A DNA stretch of 64,000 bases from Vulcanimicrobiota bacterium. Its GTDB lineage: Bacteria; Vulcanimicrobiota; Vulcanimicrobiia; Vulcanimicrobiales; Vulcanimicrobiaceae. Below the pieces are notes generated by a model, which had not been told where the DNA came from, searched no databases, and saw only the letters and a program-made list of their open reading frames with translations. Shown one piece after another: positions 8,831 through 18,143 of the stretch. The first letter of the stretch is position 1. Every line of letters starts with the position of its first letter. The stretch lies in NCBI GenBank assembly GCA_963702335.1, contig CAVPCC010000016.1, positions 49,528-113,527 on the forward strand, written 5' to 3'. The position numbers and the translations under genes are program-made.

Positions 8831-10011
8831 TCGCGCGCGGCACCGTCTTGCGCGCGAACGGCGGAATCGTGCAAGCGGCGCTGCCCGGCGCGCGCGTGGG
8901 CGATCGCGTGCGCGTCGCAAACACGCGCGCGGGAGTTTGCGGCATCGTCACCTCACTGGGCGATGAGCGCGCGTTCATTGCCGTGAGCGGCGATTTAGAC
9001 GGGATCGCCTGCGGCAGCAGGGTCGAGATCGACCTGACGCAGACGGTAGTTCCGGGCACGCCGTATTTGGGGCGGGCGATGGACGCACAGACTCCACTGG
9101 CCTTGCCGCGCGCTCCGCTTCCGCACGAGCGCGAAGCGATCGCTACGCCGCTGTGGACCGGCGTGGCGGCCATCGACGGGTTCCTGACCGTTGGGCGGGG
9201 TGCGCGCGTGGGAATCTTCGGTCCGCCGGGTGCCGGCAAATCGACCTTGCTCCGAAGCATCCTCGCCCATGCGGATGCCGACGCAGTGGTGCTTGCGCTC
9301 ATCGGCGAGCGCGGGCGCGAAGCGCACGAATGGATGCAGTCCATACCTGCGCACGCAACCTTCGTTTGCGCAACGAGCGATCGCAGTGCTGCCGAACGTA
9401 TCGCTTGCGCGCACACCGCGATGGCGCAGGCCGACGCGCTGCGCTCGCGCGGTTTACATGTGCTGTTGATCCTCGATAGTTTGGCGCGTTACGCGCAAGC
9501 GCTGCGCGAAGTTGCGCTCGCCCAAGGACAGCCCGTGGGGAGGGGCGGGTTTCCCGCCGGCGTGTTCGCGCGCCTCGCGCAGTATTCCGAGGCCGCCGGC
9601 AACGCCGGCGGTGGTTCGGTCACGGCGATGGTCACCGTACTCTCCGACGGCGACGAGCGCGATCCGGTCAGCGACTGCGCGCGTTCGCTCTTGGACGGCC
9701 ACATCGAACTGTGCGCGGCCCGCGCTCGCGAAGGGCGCTTCCCCGCAATCGACATCCTGAGCAGCCGCAGCCGCACGATGAGCCTTGTGAGCGCGCCGGC
9801 ACAGGTGGAGCAGGCCAATGCCGTCCGCACGGCGCTCGCCCTGCTTGAGCGGACGGCGGATGGCCGCTCGCTAGGCATTGCGTACGAGCAGCCCGGGCTG
9901 CCGCAGGCCGTGCAAGCCCAGGAGCAAATCGAGTCGTTTTTGAGCGCTGTGGGCGTCCCATCCGAGCGCACCCTATCGCTGCTGGCAGCCCTTGCCGATA
10001 CTTTGAAGTGA
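8827..10011 (+). CDS. fliI: flagellar/T3SS export ATPase FliI
   Basis: ATG at 8827 in the frame of ORF 8602..10011. Walker A GPPGAGKST, Walker B HVLLILDSLARYA, and DPVSDCARSLLDGHIEL...GRFPAIDILSSRSR. F1/FliI family. Confidence 0.92.
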   Translation: MIARGTVLRANGGIVQAALPGARVGDRVRVANTRAGVCGIVTSLGDERAFIAVSGDLDGIACGSRVEIDLTQTVVPGTPYLGRAMDAQTPLALPRAPLPHEREAIATPLWTGVAAIDGFLTVGRGARVGIFGPPGAGKSTLLRSILAHADADAVVLALIGERGREAHEWMQSIPAHATFVCATSDRSAAERIACAHTAMAQADALRSRGLHVLLILDSLARYAQALREVALAQGQPVGRGGFPAGVFARLAQYSEAAGNAGGGSVTAMVTVLSDGDERDPVSDCARSLLDGHIELCAARAREGRFPAIDILSSRSRTMSLVSAPAQVEQANAVRTALALLERTADGRSLGIAYEQPGLPQAVQAQEQIESFLSAVGVPSERTLSLLAALADTLK

Positions 10012-10570
10012 TGTTTATGGATATTTTTGGCGACATCGCGTCGGTCACGCGCCGGATCGACGAGATCACCGGCCAAACCGCGGCCCCAACGCCTGCGGGG
10101 GGCCAGAGCACGGCTTTCTCGGGCATGGTTAACGCCGCCATGAACGACCAGGCGCCGTTGCAGCCCACGCAGGGCCCGAACGTCATTCCGCCCCCGCAGA
10201 TCCAACGCTTGGTGGACGTGAATGCCGCAACGTTCAGCGTCGATCCCGCCCTGATCAAAGCGATCATCGCGAACGAGTCCGGTTTCGATGCGAATGCTAC
10301 GTCTAAAACAGGGGCGCAGGGTTTGATGCACTCGAGCCCGAAACGGCCGGCGGCCTGGGTGTAGACAACGCTTACGATCCGGCGCAAAATATTTCCGGAG
10401 GAACGCGTTACATTCGGGGCCTCCTCGAACGTTTCCATGGTAACCTGCCGTTGGCGATCGCCGCCTACAACGCGGGTCCGGGAGCGGTCGAAAAATATGG
10501 CGGTGTTCCACCTTATGCCGAAACGCAAGCGTACGTTCAAAACGTCTTGTCCGGCCTACAGTCAGTATAA
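10008..10570 (+). CDS. lytic transglycosylase (SLT domain, FlgJ/IagB-like), frame shift near 10330
   Basis: [26 protein letters not shown] then, one frame over, [58 protein letters not shown]. The catalytic ES, GLMQ and AYNAG motifs of family-1 SLT are present. Confidence 0.8.
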
Positions 10571-10666
10571 ATCGCAGTAGTACCGGCGCTGCGCTGCTGG
10601 CCGCGCTCTTCTTGTGCGCGTCCGTCCTCTCCGGCGCATGGCCAAACCCCAACCCTAGCGAGCGTC

Positions 10667-12107
10667 TTGGCGGCGCGATCGGCGGCCCTCAAAGCACTGC
10701 ACCTACGCGAACCGCAGACGCTGCAAGTGATCGGTGTTATCGAAGGCGTAGGGCTTAACGGTACATTTCACAGCTGGACCTCCCCGCGGGGGCGGCGTTT
10801 CGACCAACTGATCGGTTCGGCCATGCAGTCCAGCGTGCGCACCGCCGACGGGCGTCAATATGCCGTTGACGACAACGGCAACGTGCGCGAGATTCGCGGC
10901 CTCATGGAGCAGCGCGACCGCACGGAAGATTTTATCGAGGAAGAGCACTTCGTCGATGAGCCGCGGTACGATACGTTTAAGGGTGCGCTCACGTTACCCG
11001 GCGGCCGCAGCGTTTATGCTATCGAGGTGGATCCGCCCGGCGGCTTACCCGAGGAGATCGATCTGGACGCGCGCACGCTGATGATCGACCGCTTGACCTA
11101 CGATGAGTCGGACGGCGTTGCAACAACGGATTTTTCCGATTATAAGACGTTCGGAGGCGCGCTCGTAGCGCAGCACGAGGTGGAATCCAACGGCGACCAC
11201 GCGTTCGATCTGAGCAGCACGGCATCGCACATCATTGTTGACGCGCCGATTCAAACGTCCGTATTCGACGTTCCAAAGAACAACGAAGTGCAGGTCGCGG
11301 GCAGCCTCACCGTTCCGCTCGTCGAGCATGACGGACACTACTATACCCGCGTGCGCATCCATGGCCGTGACTATACGTTTCTCGTCGACACCGGCGCGCA
11401 GGCCGTCATTCTGGATTCGCGCGTTGCGGCCGAGCTCGGCTTGCACCCGGAAGGCCATTTGGAGGTTGCGGGCACGCAGCGCGTGGGCGGCTTGGGCATC
11501 GCCGAACTGGACGGCCTGCAAATCGGCGGCGCGACGCTTCCGCTGCGCACGGTCAGCGTGCTCAACATCAGCAACGCCACCGGTCCTTTTCAAGCCGACG
11601 GCGTGTTGGGGTATCCGTTCTTCGCGTCGGCCGAAGTGCGGTTTGACGCCGCGAACGGGCAGATGACCTTTGCGCGGCCGGGAACCTTAACCGCAGCCGG
11701 ATCGGCGATTCCCATCGACGTCGACCGCGAGATGGTCGAGACGCAAGCGCGCGTGAACGGCGTCGACGGCCGTTTCGTGCTGGACACGGGGAACAGCGGG
11801 GAACTCTTGTTGTTCTCGCCGTTCATGAAAGCGCACCCCCACTTGCTTCCGGCCGCTGCCCGATCGTTTGCGCAAAACTACGGCGTAGGAGGTCCGGCGG
11901 GCTGCGCTGGCGGCCTACGTCGACGAGCTCGACCTTAGCACGTTCCGTTTCTTCAACCGCTACTCGAACGTGATGCTCGAAGACCAGGGCGCGTTTGCCG
12001 ATCGCTTCGACGCGGGCAATATCGGCATGGGCGTCCTGCGGAATCTGGTCGTGACCTTCGATGTAGCAAATGGCAAGGTCTATGCCGCGCAATCGCGCGA
12101 TATTTGA
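10667..12107 (+). CDS. secreted retropepsin-like aspartic protease with two DTG domains (frame shift near 11890; the N-terminal signal peptide may lie upstream in another frame)
   Basis: ORF track 10667..11938 contains YTFLVDTGAQAVILDSRVAAELGL and GRFVLDTGNSGELLLFSPF. The C-terminus continues in another frame (AALAAYVDELDL...GVLRNLVVTFDVANGKVYAAQSRDI, stop 12105-12107). A signal-like segment GAALLAALFLCASVLSGAW is readable at ~10585-10640. Confidence 0.65.
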
Positions 12108-12203
12108 TGACGGCCGCTACCGTGAGCGTGTCGAACCCTCCGGGCAATGAAATGTTAACAATTCCGTAGTAAAGCGTTCACGATTGCCGCGTATGCTTGC
12201 GGC

Positions 12204-12735
12204 ATGACGATCACCGACAATTTGCAGTTCAACGTTTTAACCGCGCCGATTGCCGGTGCCGACCCGGCGCGCTCTCGCAGGCCTGGTATTCGGCGCTCTA
12301 TGGGAGCGGCGCCCCGCGCGAACCGCAGAGCCGCCGCTCCCGAGGGCGAATGCCGCAAGACCGCGAGCCCCGCACGAGCAGTCCATGCTCGCGCGCAGCG
12401 AGCTGGCTGGGCGCATCTCCGCCGAGCGTGGAAAACCCCCGCAACTCCAACCGCGTGCCGGCGTGGCTGTCGAACGGCGCGCGGCGCGCAACGGCCTAGC
12501 ACGCACGATAGAACGATCGCTCTTGCATCCTCGCGGGCAAACGCGGGCGGCAACGCTTACGCTCGGTAACGGGCGCGTGCGCGTCATTCTCAAGCACTCG
12601 CGCGCGGGGCTGCTTTTGGTTGCGATCTGCGCGCCGAAAGCGGGCTCGGCGGTTGCGCGAGCTTTGGCGCAGGCGCGGTACGCGCTGGCGCGGCGCGGCA
12701 TTGCACTGCAGACCGCTGTACGGGAAGCGGGCTGA
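12204..12735 (+). CDS. possible FliK/SctP-like hook-length control protein (frames broken)
   Basis: ATG at 12204 (MTITDNLQFNVLTAPIAGADPA). The C-terminal frame TLTLGNGRVRVILKHSRAGLLLVAICAPKAGSAVARALAQARYALARRGIAL resembles the FliK C-terminal domain. The stop overlaps the next ATG (TGATG). Assignment is weak. Confidence 0.35.
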
Positions 12736-13455
12736 TGCAAGTTTCAACGACAACGACGCAAGCGTTGGATGCGATAGCGCAGCGCGAGCGCGATCTGCTT
12801 AACGCCTATACGCCCGGCGCCTTTGCGGAACGCGGCGATGTGGCGCGGAACGCGAGCCCCGGTGCCCGCGATCGATCCGCTTTCAGTGAGCGCACCGCCG
12901 GGCGCGTACTTCATCACGGGCGGTGCGTCCGGCCGCACGCTCTATACGCGCGACGGATCGTTTTCGTTTTCAGCGGGCCGGCTGCTGGACGGAAGCGGGC
13001 AACCCGTACTGGGGTACACGACCTCGGGCGGCGCACTGGAGCCGCTTACGGCCGATCCGGTAGATGTCGCGCTCGGTTTTACCGGATCGATGCGCATCGG
13101 AACCGACGGGAGCGTGAGTTACGATCGCACTACGATCGATCCGCGTACCGGCTTGCGCGAAATGCAGACCGTGCACCTGGGCGTTCTTGCGCTCGCGCGA
13201 TTTCCCGCGGCAAGCAAACCGCAAGCCGTCGACGCATTGCACGTTGCCGCGCCCTCGGGAGTTGCACCCCACGTCGGCTGGGCGGGTGACGGTAATTTCG
13301 AACCGCTTGCCGCATTTTCGCGCGAGCAAAGCGGTATCGATCTCGACCTGGGCTTGCAGCGCTTGCAAGAAGCGTATTTAGCGTTCGACGCTATTCGCGC
13401 GGCGGGCAAGGCGCAAGGCGGGATCGAGAAGACGACGATGGACCTGCTCAAGTGA
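12735..13455 (+). CDS. FlgG/FlgF/FlgE-family rod/hook protein, ~240 aa (frame shift near 12830)
   Basis: N-terminus MQVSTTTTQALDAIAQRERDLLNAYTPGAF. Then YFITGGASGRTLYTRDGSFSFSAGRLLDGSGQPVLGY...LGVLALARFPAASKPQAV...[41 protein letters not shown]. The YTRDGSF and C-terminal heptad motifs are typical of flagellar axial proteins. Confidence 0.65.
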
Positions 13456-14225
13456 ATGCGCTGTGCTTCGAGCGCAAGGCGGTGCTGCACGGCAGCCGTC
13501 GCGTGCGCAACGCGTGTTTCCGGCAGCGCTCTTTTCTGCCCGTGAGCGCCGCTTGCGTCGTGGCAAACACCATACGGGAACGGCTCGGTGCGCTGCTGGG
13601 AACTGTGCGCGTACGGCTGCTCGAACCGGTGGTCCCCGATGCTGCGGGCTGGACCGCTCTCTTGGCGCAGGGACATCTGCATCGCGTGCGCGGCGCGCTT
13701 GCCCAGGCAGCCTTCGTCCTGCGGCCGGCCGATGCGACCGCCTTGGCCTGTGGGGCGTTCGGCGTGCCTTGTCCGCAGCCGCGGGCGCTCTCACCGATGG
13801 AGACGCAGGTCGTGCGCCGGGCGCTGGACGCTTGCACGCCCGCCCTTGCGTCCGTGTGCGGCAGAGACGCCGGAGTCGTGGAAGGGGCCGAGCGCGAGGC
13901 GTTCGCCACGTATTTCGAACTGATCGTGGAAGGGGCGGCGCAGTTCCGCCTGGGCGTTGCGCTCGCGGCCGAGCCCCGGGAGGCGGTAGGAGCGACGCTC
14001 GGCTTAGACGACTTGGCCGACGTGGAGATCGAACTGAGCGTGCAGGTCGCGCGCGGGGACATTCCCGCCCGTGCTCTGCTGGACTTACGTCCCGGGGTCC
14101 GCCTGCCGATGATGACTAGGGTAGGGGATCCGGGCCTGCTTATGCTGGCCGGTGGCGTGCTTGCGCGAGGCGCTTGCGGAACGATGGCCGAGCGGCACGC
14201 GATGGTTGTGGGCACTCTGCACTAA
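13452..14225 (+). CDS. FliM/SctQ-like C-ring protein (SpoA domain), short, without a recognisable CheY-P binding N-terminus
   Basis: ORF track, 257 aa. The C-terminus [56 protein letters not shown] is a SpoA (FliN/FliM/YscQ) fold motif. The GTG start overlaps the previous stop (GTGA). Confidence 0.55.
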   Translation: MNALCFERKAVLHGSRRVRNACFRQRSFLPVSAACVVANTIRERLGALLGTVRVRLLEPVVPDAAGWTALLAQGHLHRVRGALAQAAFVLRPADATALACGAFGVPCPQPRALSPMETQVVRRALDACTPALASVCGRDAGVVEGAEREAFATYFELIVEGAAQFRLGVALAAEPREAVGATLGLDDLADVEIELSVQVARGDIPARALLDLRPGVRLPMMTRVGDPGLLMLAGGVLARGACGTMAERHAMVVGTLH

Positions 14226-14239
14226 AAGGGCGGACGACA

Positions 14240-14533
14240 ATGATGATGGCGGAACACAAAAAAAATGGCGGCTTGACGGCAGATCAGCAGAACCTCGATC
14301 TGTTGATGAACGTGCCGCTGCAAGTGACGGCCGAGCTGGGCAAGTGCAAGATGTCCGTCTCCGATATTTTGAAATTGGGCACGGGCTCCATCGTGGAACT
14401 CGACCGCCTTGCCGGAGGCCCGGTAGACTTGCTGGTCAACAACAAACTTGTGGCGCGTGGAGAAGTGGTCGCGATAGACGATAACTTCGGCGTACGCGTT
14501 ACCGAACTGATTCGAGAAACCGAGCTGACATAA
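14240..14533 (+). CDS. fliN: flagellar motor switch / T3SS sorting platform protein FliN
   Basis: ATG at 14240: [74 protein letters not shown]. Canonical FliN SpoA domain. Confidence 0.85.
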   Translation: MMMAEHKKNGGLTADQQNLDLLMNVPLQVTAELGKCKMSVSDILKLGTGSIVELDRLAGGPVDLLVNNKLVARGEVVAIDDNFGVRVTELIRETELT

Positions 14534-14564
14534 CGCGGCAACATCCCGGCGCTATCGTAGTGCC

Positions 14565-15221
14565 ATGGATGGATTGTTAACGCTCGCAAATCACGCCCAC
14601 GCCGCCGCCCCGCTTGACGTGCTGGCAGCCCTGACCCTCTTATCGGTCGCGCCGTTCGTGCTGATCATGTCCACCTCGTTCGTACGCATCGTCGTTGTGC
14701 TCTCGCTCGTGCGATCGGCCATCGGGGCCGCTGCGCTCCCGCCGAATACCGTGCTGACGGGACTTGCGCTCGTGCTCACGCTGGTCATCATGTCACCAAC
14801 GCTGGACCGCATCTCGCACGATGCAGTGCAGCCGTACGCGCGAGGAACGCTCACGCAATCGCAGTTCATCGAGCGCGCGGGCACGCCGCTGCGCGAATTC
14901 ATGCTGCGCCAGACGCACCTTGCCGATATCGCGCTCTTCGAGCGCGTTGCTCACCGGCCGTCGGAGCCGGCCGCGCAGGCCCCCATGCTCGTGCTGCTTC
15001 CGGCGTTCGTCGTCGGCGAACTGCGCGATGCGTTCGGCATCGGCCTTGCGCTGTATCTGCCCTTCGTTGCGATCGATTTGGCCGTCGCCTCTATCTTGAT
15101 GGGCCTGGGAATGTTCATGCTCAGCCCGCCCGTGATCTCGCTGCCCGCCAAACTGCTTCTTTTCGTCATGGTTGACGGCTGGGCGCTCGTCTGCGGAGGC
15201 GTCGCAGATTCATTTAGATAA
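14565..15221 (+). CDS. fliP: export gate protein FliP/SctR
   Basis: ORF track, 218 aa: SVAPFVLIMSTSFVRIVVVLSLVRSAIG...PNTVLTGLALVLTLVIMSPT...LLPAFVVGELRDAFGIGLALYLPFVAIDLAVASILMGLGM. Confidence 0.93.
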   Translation: MDGLLTLANHAHAAAPLDVLAALTLLSVAPFVLIMSTSFVRIVVVLSLVRSAIGAAALPPNTVLTGLALVLTLVIMSPTLDRISHDAVQPYARGTLTQSQFIERAGTPLREFMLRQTHLADIALFERVAHRPSEPAAQAPMLVLLPAFVVGELRDAFGIGLALYLPFVAIDLAVASILMGLGMFMLSPPVISLPAKLLLFVMVDGWALVCGGVADSFR

Positions 15222-15230
15222 ACTTCGAAC

Positions 15231-16127
15231 ATGCGCATCAGTCACGCGCTCGCGACGCAGCGGCCATTCTTTTCATTTGAGTTTTTTCCGCCGAAGGATG
15301 AGCCGGCGCACGAGCATCTGCTCGAGACGGTGGAGCAACTGCGGCCGCTTCGGCCGGCCTTTGTTTCGGTGACGTGGGGCGCGGGGGATCCACGCGCGCG
15401 CGGACCATCGAGGTCGCCAAACAGATCCAAAACGACGTCGGCATCGACGTGATGGCGCACGTGACGTGCGTGGGAAGCACGCGCGCCGACCTGCGCGCTA
15501 TCTTCAACGAACTCGAATCGGCCGGCATTCAAAACGTCATGGCCCTTCGCGGCGATGCTCCGCGCGGTAGCGCGGGCTTCGAGCCGGGCGATCACGGCTT
15601 TATGCACGCAAACGAGCTCGATTGCCATGCTCGCGCGCGTGTACCGGTTCTGCATCGGCGCGGCGTGCTATCCGGAAAAGCATCCCGAAGCTGCGGATCC
15701 CGGTTCGGACCTGCGTTATCTGGTGCAAAAGGTGGAAGCGGGCGCGGATTTCTTAGTCTCGCAGTTTTTCTTCGACAACGAGAAGTATTTTGCGTTCGTG
15801 GAGCGCGCGCGCGGTGCGGGAATTACCGTGCCGATTCTGCCCGGAATAATGCCGATCACCAACTACGCGCAGATTAGCCGCATGAGCTCCTTCGGGGGCG
15901 GGCAGATTCCGCCAAAACTCATTGCCGAACTTGAGGAGCGGCGCGACGATCCCAAGGCCGTTGAGGATTTGGGCGTGGCTTACGCGGCGCTTCAGGCCTC
16001 GGACTTGCTCAAGCGCGGCGCTCCGGGCATTCATTTTTACACGCTGAACAAGTCGCCGGCGACGCGCGCCATCGTGAGCGCTCTGCTGGCGGCAACCGCA
16101 TGGAGATCGTTTACAGCGCGGTCATAA
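15231..16127 (+). CDS. metF: 5,10-methylenetetrahydrofolate reductase MetF (two frame shifts, ~15385-15390 and ~15617-15625)
   Basis: Three consecutive frames read FSFEFFPPKDEP...AFVSVTWGAG / GSTRARTIEVAKQIQNDVGIDVMAHVTCVG...VMALRGD / CIGAACYPEKHPEA...DLRYLVQKVEAGADFLVSQFFFDNEKYFAFVERARGAGITVPILPGIMPI...IHFYTLNKS. Confidence 0.85.
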
Positions 16128-16158
16128 CGCGGTAACAACTGCGCGCTATAGTGCGCGC

Positions 16159-16425
16159 ATGGACGCATTCGAGGGATTGCTGCGGGAAGCACTGCTGGTG
16201 ACGTCGGTCCTCTGCCTGCCCGTCTTAGGCGTTGCAACGCTTGCCGGTACGGCCGTAGCGGTGCTTCAGGCAGCAACGCAAGTGCAAGAGCAGACCCTCT
16301 CGCTGCTTCCCAAACTGCTAGCGGTCGGACTGGTGCTGGCCGCATTTGGTGCATTCGGCATGCACTTGTGCGCGGGATTGTTTACGGACGCACTGCGGCA
16401 GATCCCGGACCTGGTGCGCGGATGA
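16159..16425 (+). CDS. fliQ: export gate protein FliQ/SctS
   Basis: ORF track, 88 aa: ALLVTSVLCLPVLGVATLAGTAVAVLQAATQVQEQTLSLLPKLLAVGLVL. Confidence 0.9.
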   Translation: MDAFEGLLREALLVTSVLCLPVLGVATLAGTAVAVLQAATQVQEQTLSLLPKLLAVGLVLAAFGAFGMHLCAGLFTDALRQIPDLVRG

Positions 16426-17141
16426 ACGGCACTGCGCTGCTGGTTTTCGCGCGCAGCGTCGGGTTTGTTTCGCGCGCGCCGGGCTTCTCGCACCCAAGCG
16501 TCCCCGCGGCGGTACGCGCGGGACTGGCGCTCGTGCTTACGATTGCTTTGATCCCGGCGGTGCAGCAGCAGCGAGCGCCGGATGGTATCGAGCTGGTGAT
16601 TGCGCTCGCGGTCGATCTTGGAATCGGCGCGGCGATCGGTTTTGCTGCGTCGATTCTGTATGATGGCGCGTATGCGGGAGGCCGCGCGCTGGACGACTAC
16701 GTCGGTATCCGCGGCAGCGTACCGAACGCGCAGGTTTATGCGGCGAGCGGCTTCGGACGCATTTGGTCGGCCGCGTTCACTGCGGGCTTTTTCGTCTTGG
16801 GCGGCTACCGGATCGTCGTCGAAGCGCTGGCGCGAAGTTTCGAGCGCCTACCGGTGGGAACGCCGCCCGATACGCACGGGTTGTATGCATACGGACTCTC
16901 GCTGCCGCCGGCAATCGTCGAGGCCGCGCTGCTGGTGGCCGGTCCGGCTATGGCCATCGTCTTCCTTGCGCAGTTTACGCTCGGCGCACTCGCGCGGGTG
17001 ATCCCGCGCTTTGCCTCGTTTACGCTTTCATTCCCCATCGTGTTTGCGCTGGCGCTCATGGCGACCATTTTCGCTGCGCCGCAACTGCTGGGAAGCAGCG
17101 CCGTGCCCTGGCTGCGCCTCCCGTTTTTGGCGGCGCGTTAA
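16422..17141 (+). CDS. fliR: export gate protein FliR/SctT
   Basis: ATG at 16422 overlaps the fliQ stop (ATGA). Polytopic: LLVFARSVGFVSRAPGFSHPSVPAAVRAGLALVLT... Confidence 0.88.
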   Translation: MNGTALLVFARSVGFVSRAPGFSHPSVPAAVRAGLALVLTIALIPAVQQQRAPDGIELVIALAVDLGIGAAIGFAASILYDGAYAGGRALDDYVGIRGSVPNAQVYAASGFGRIWSAAFTAGFFVLGGYRIVVEALARSFERLPVGTPPDTHGLYAYGLSLPPAIVEAALLVAGPAMAIVFLAQFTLGALARVIPRFASFTLSFPIVFALALMATIFAAPQLLGSSAVPWLRLPFLAAR

Positions 17142-18143
17142 ATGTCGGAGAAACGCTTCGATGCCACGCCCTCGCGCCTGGCGCGCGCAAAGCGCGAGGG
17201 CGATCTTGCGATCTCGGCCGAGCTCTCCAGCGTTGCGGGTTTTGCCGCGGGGTTGATGGCGGTAGCCGGAGTTGTCGCGCCGCTTTCGGCTAGCGTGCGG
17301 AATCTGCTCGAAGCCGCAGCCGGCAATCGCTCCACGGTGCAGCCGTTCTTTGAGGCTTGTACGTGGATGCTGCTGCCCGCGCTGGCCGCCGCGCTTTCTT
17401 CGGCAGCGTGCAGTGTCGCGCAGTCGGGAGGCATACACATTGTCGCCGTAGCCCTTTCCATGCGCCGGCTCTCGCCGAATGAGAATCTCAAGCGAATGTT
17501 CTCGCGCGAGGCCGTGGTGACGGCCGTGCGCGCAACGCTTGCCTTCGCGTGTGCGGCGTGCGCTATCGTGCCCTCAGCTGCGGCGATCTATGCCGGCACG
17601 CTGCACGCATCGGCCGTTTCCGGGATCGCACAGGCGGCGTGGGGCGGTGTGCTGCGCGCCGGTGCGGTGGCCTGCGCCGTCGGCGGAATCTTTGCCGGCA
17701 TCGACTACGCGTTGCAAGTTGCGCGCCGCCGCAAGCGCCTGCGCATGTCGTTCGAGGACCTCAAACGCGACCACAAGGAGCACGAAGGCGATCCGCTCGC
17801 ACGCGGACGGCGCCGGGCACTGCACCGCGCCATTGCGCGCAGCTCGGTGCAGAGAGTTAAAGAGGCGGCGTTCGTCGTGACCAATCCCACCCATTTGGCG
17901 ATTGCCCTGGAATATGCACCTCCGCAGGTACCCGTTCCGCGCGTGCTGGTGCGTGCGGCGGACGAGGTGGCCGCCGCAGTCCGAGACGCTGCGCGCGAAC
18001 ACGGCGTTCCATTGATCGAAAATGTATCGCTAGCCCGCGAACTCTATGCGAAAACAAAGGCCGGCGAATTTATTCCGCAAGAAACGTACGTTGCCGTGGC
18101 CGAGATCGTAGGCGCACTCAAGAAGAGCGGGGTGCTGAACTAA
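17142..18143 (+). CDS. flhB: export switch protein FlhB/SctU
   Basis: ORF track, 333 aa: MSEKRFDATPSRLARAKREGDLA..., KRDHKEHEGDPLARGRRRALHRAI and the autocleavage motif VVTNPTHLAIAL. Confidence 0.92.
   Translation: MSEKRFDATPSRLARAKREGDLAISAELSSVAGFAAGLMAVAGVVAPLSASVRNLLEAAAGNRSTVQPFFEACTWMLLPALAAALSSAACSVAQSGGIHIVAVALSMRRLSPNENLKRMFSREAVVTAVRATLAFACAACAIVPSAAAIYAGTLHASAVSGIAQAAWGGVLRAGAVACAVGGIFAGIDYALQVARRRKRLRMSFEDLKRDHKEHEGDPLARGRRRALHRAIARSSVQRVKEAAFVVTNPTHLAIALEYAPPQVPVPRVLVRAADEVAAAVRDAAREHGVPLIENVSLARELYAKTKAGEFIPQETYVAVAEIVGALKKSGVLN

Noticed and set aside
9489-10652. 387-aa minus-strand ORF antisense to fliI and the SLT gene. The similar long antisense ORFs 13448..14215, 23058..24086, 57383..58231 and 7305..8207 belong to the same class.
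   Set aside because: They are Arg/Ala/Gly-rich with no motifs. They lie opposite clearly conserved genes. Long stop-free antisense frames are expected at this GC content.
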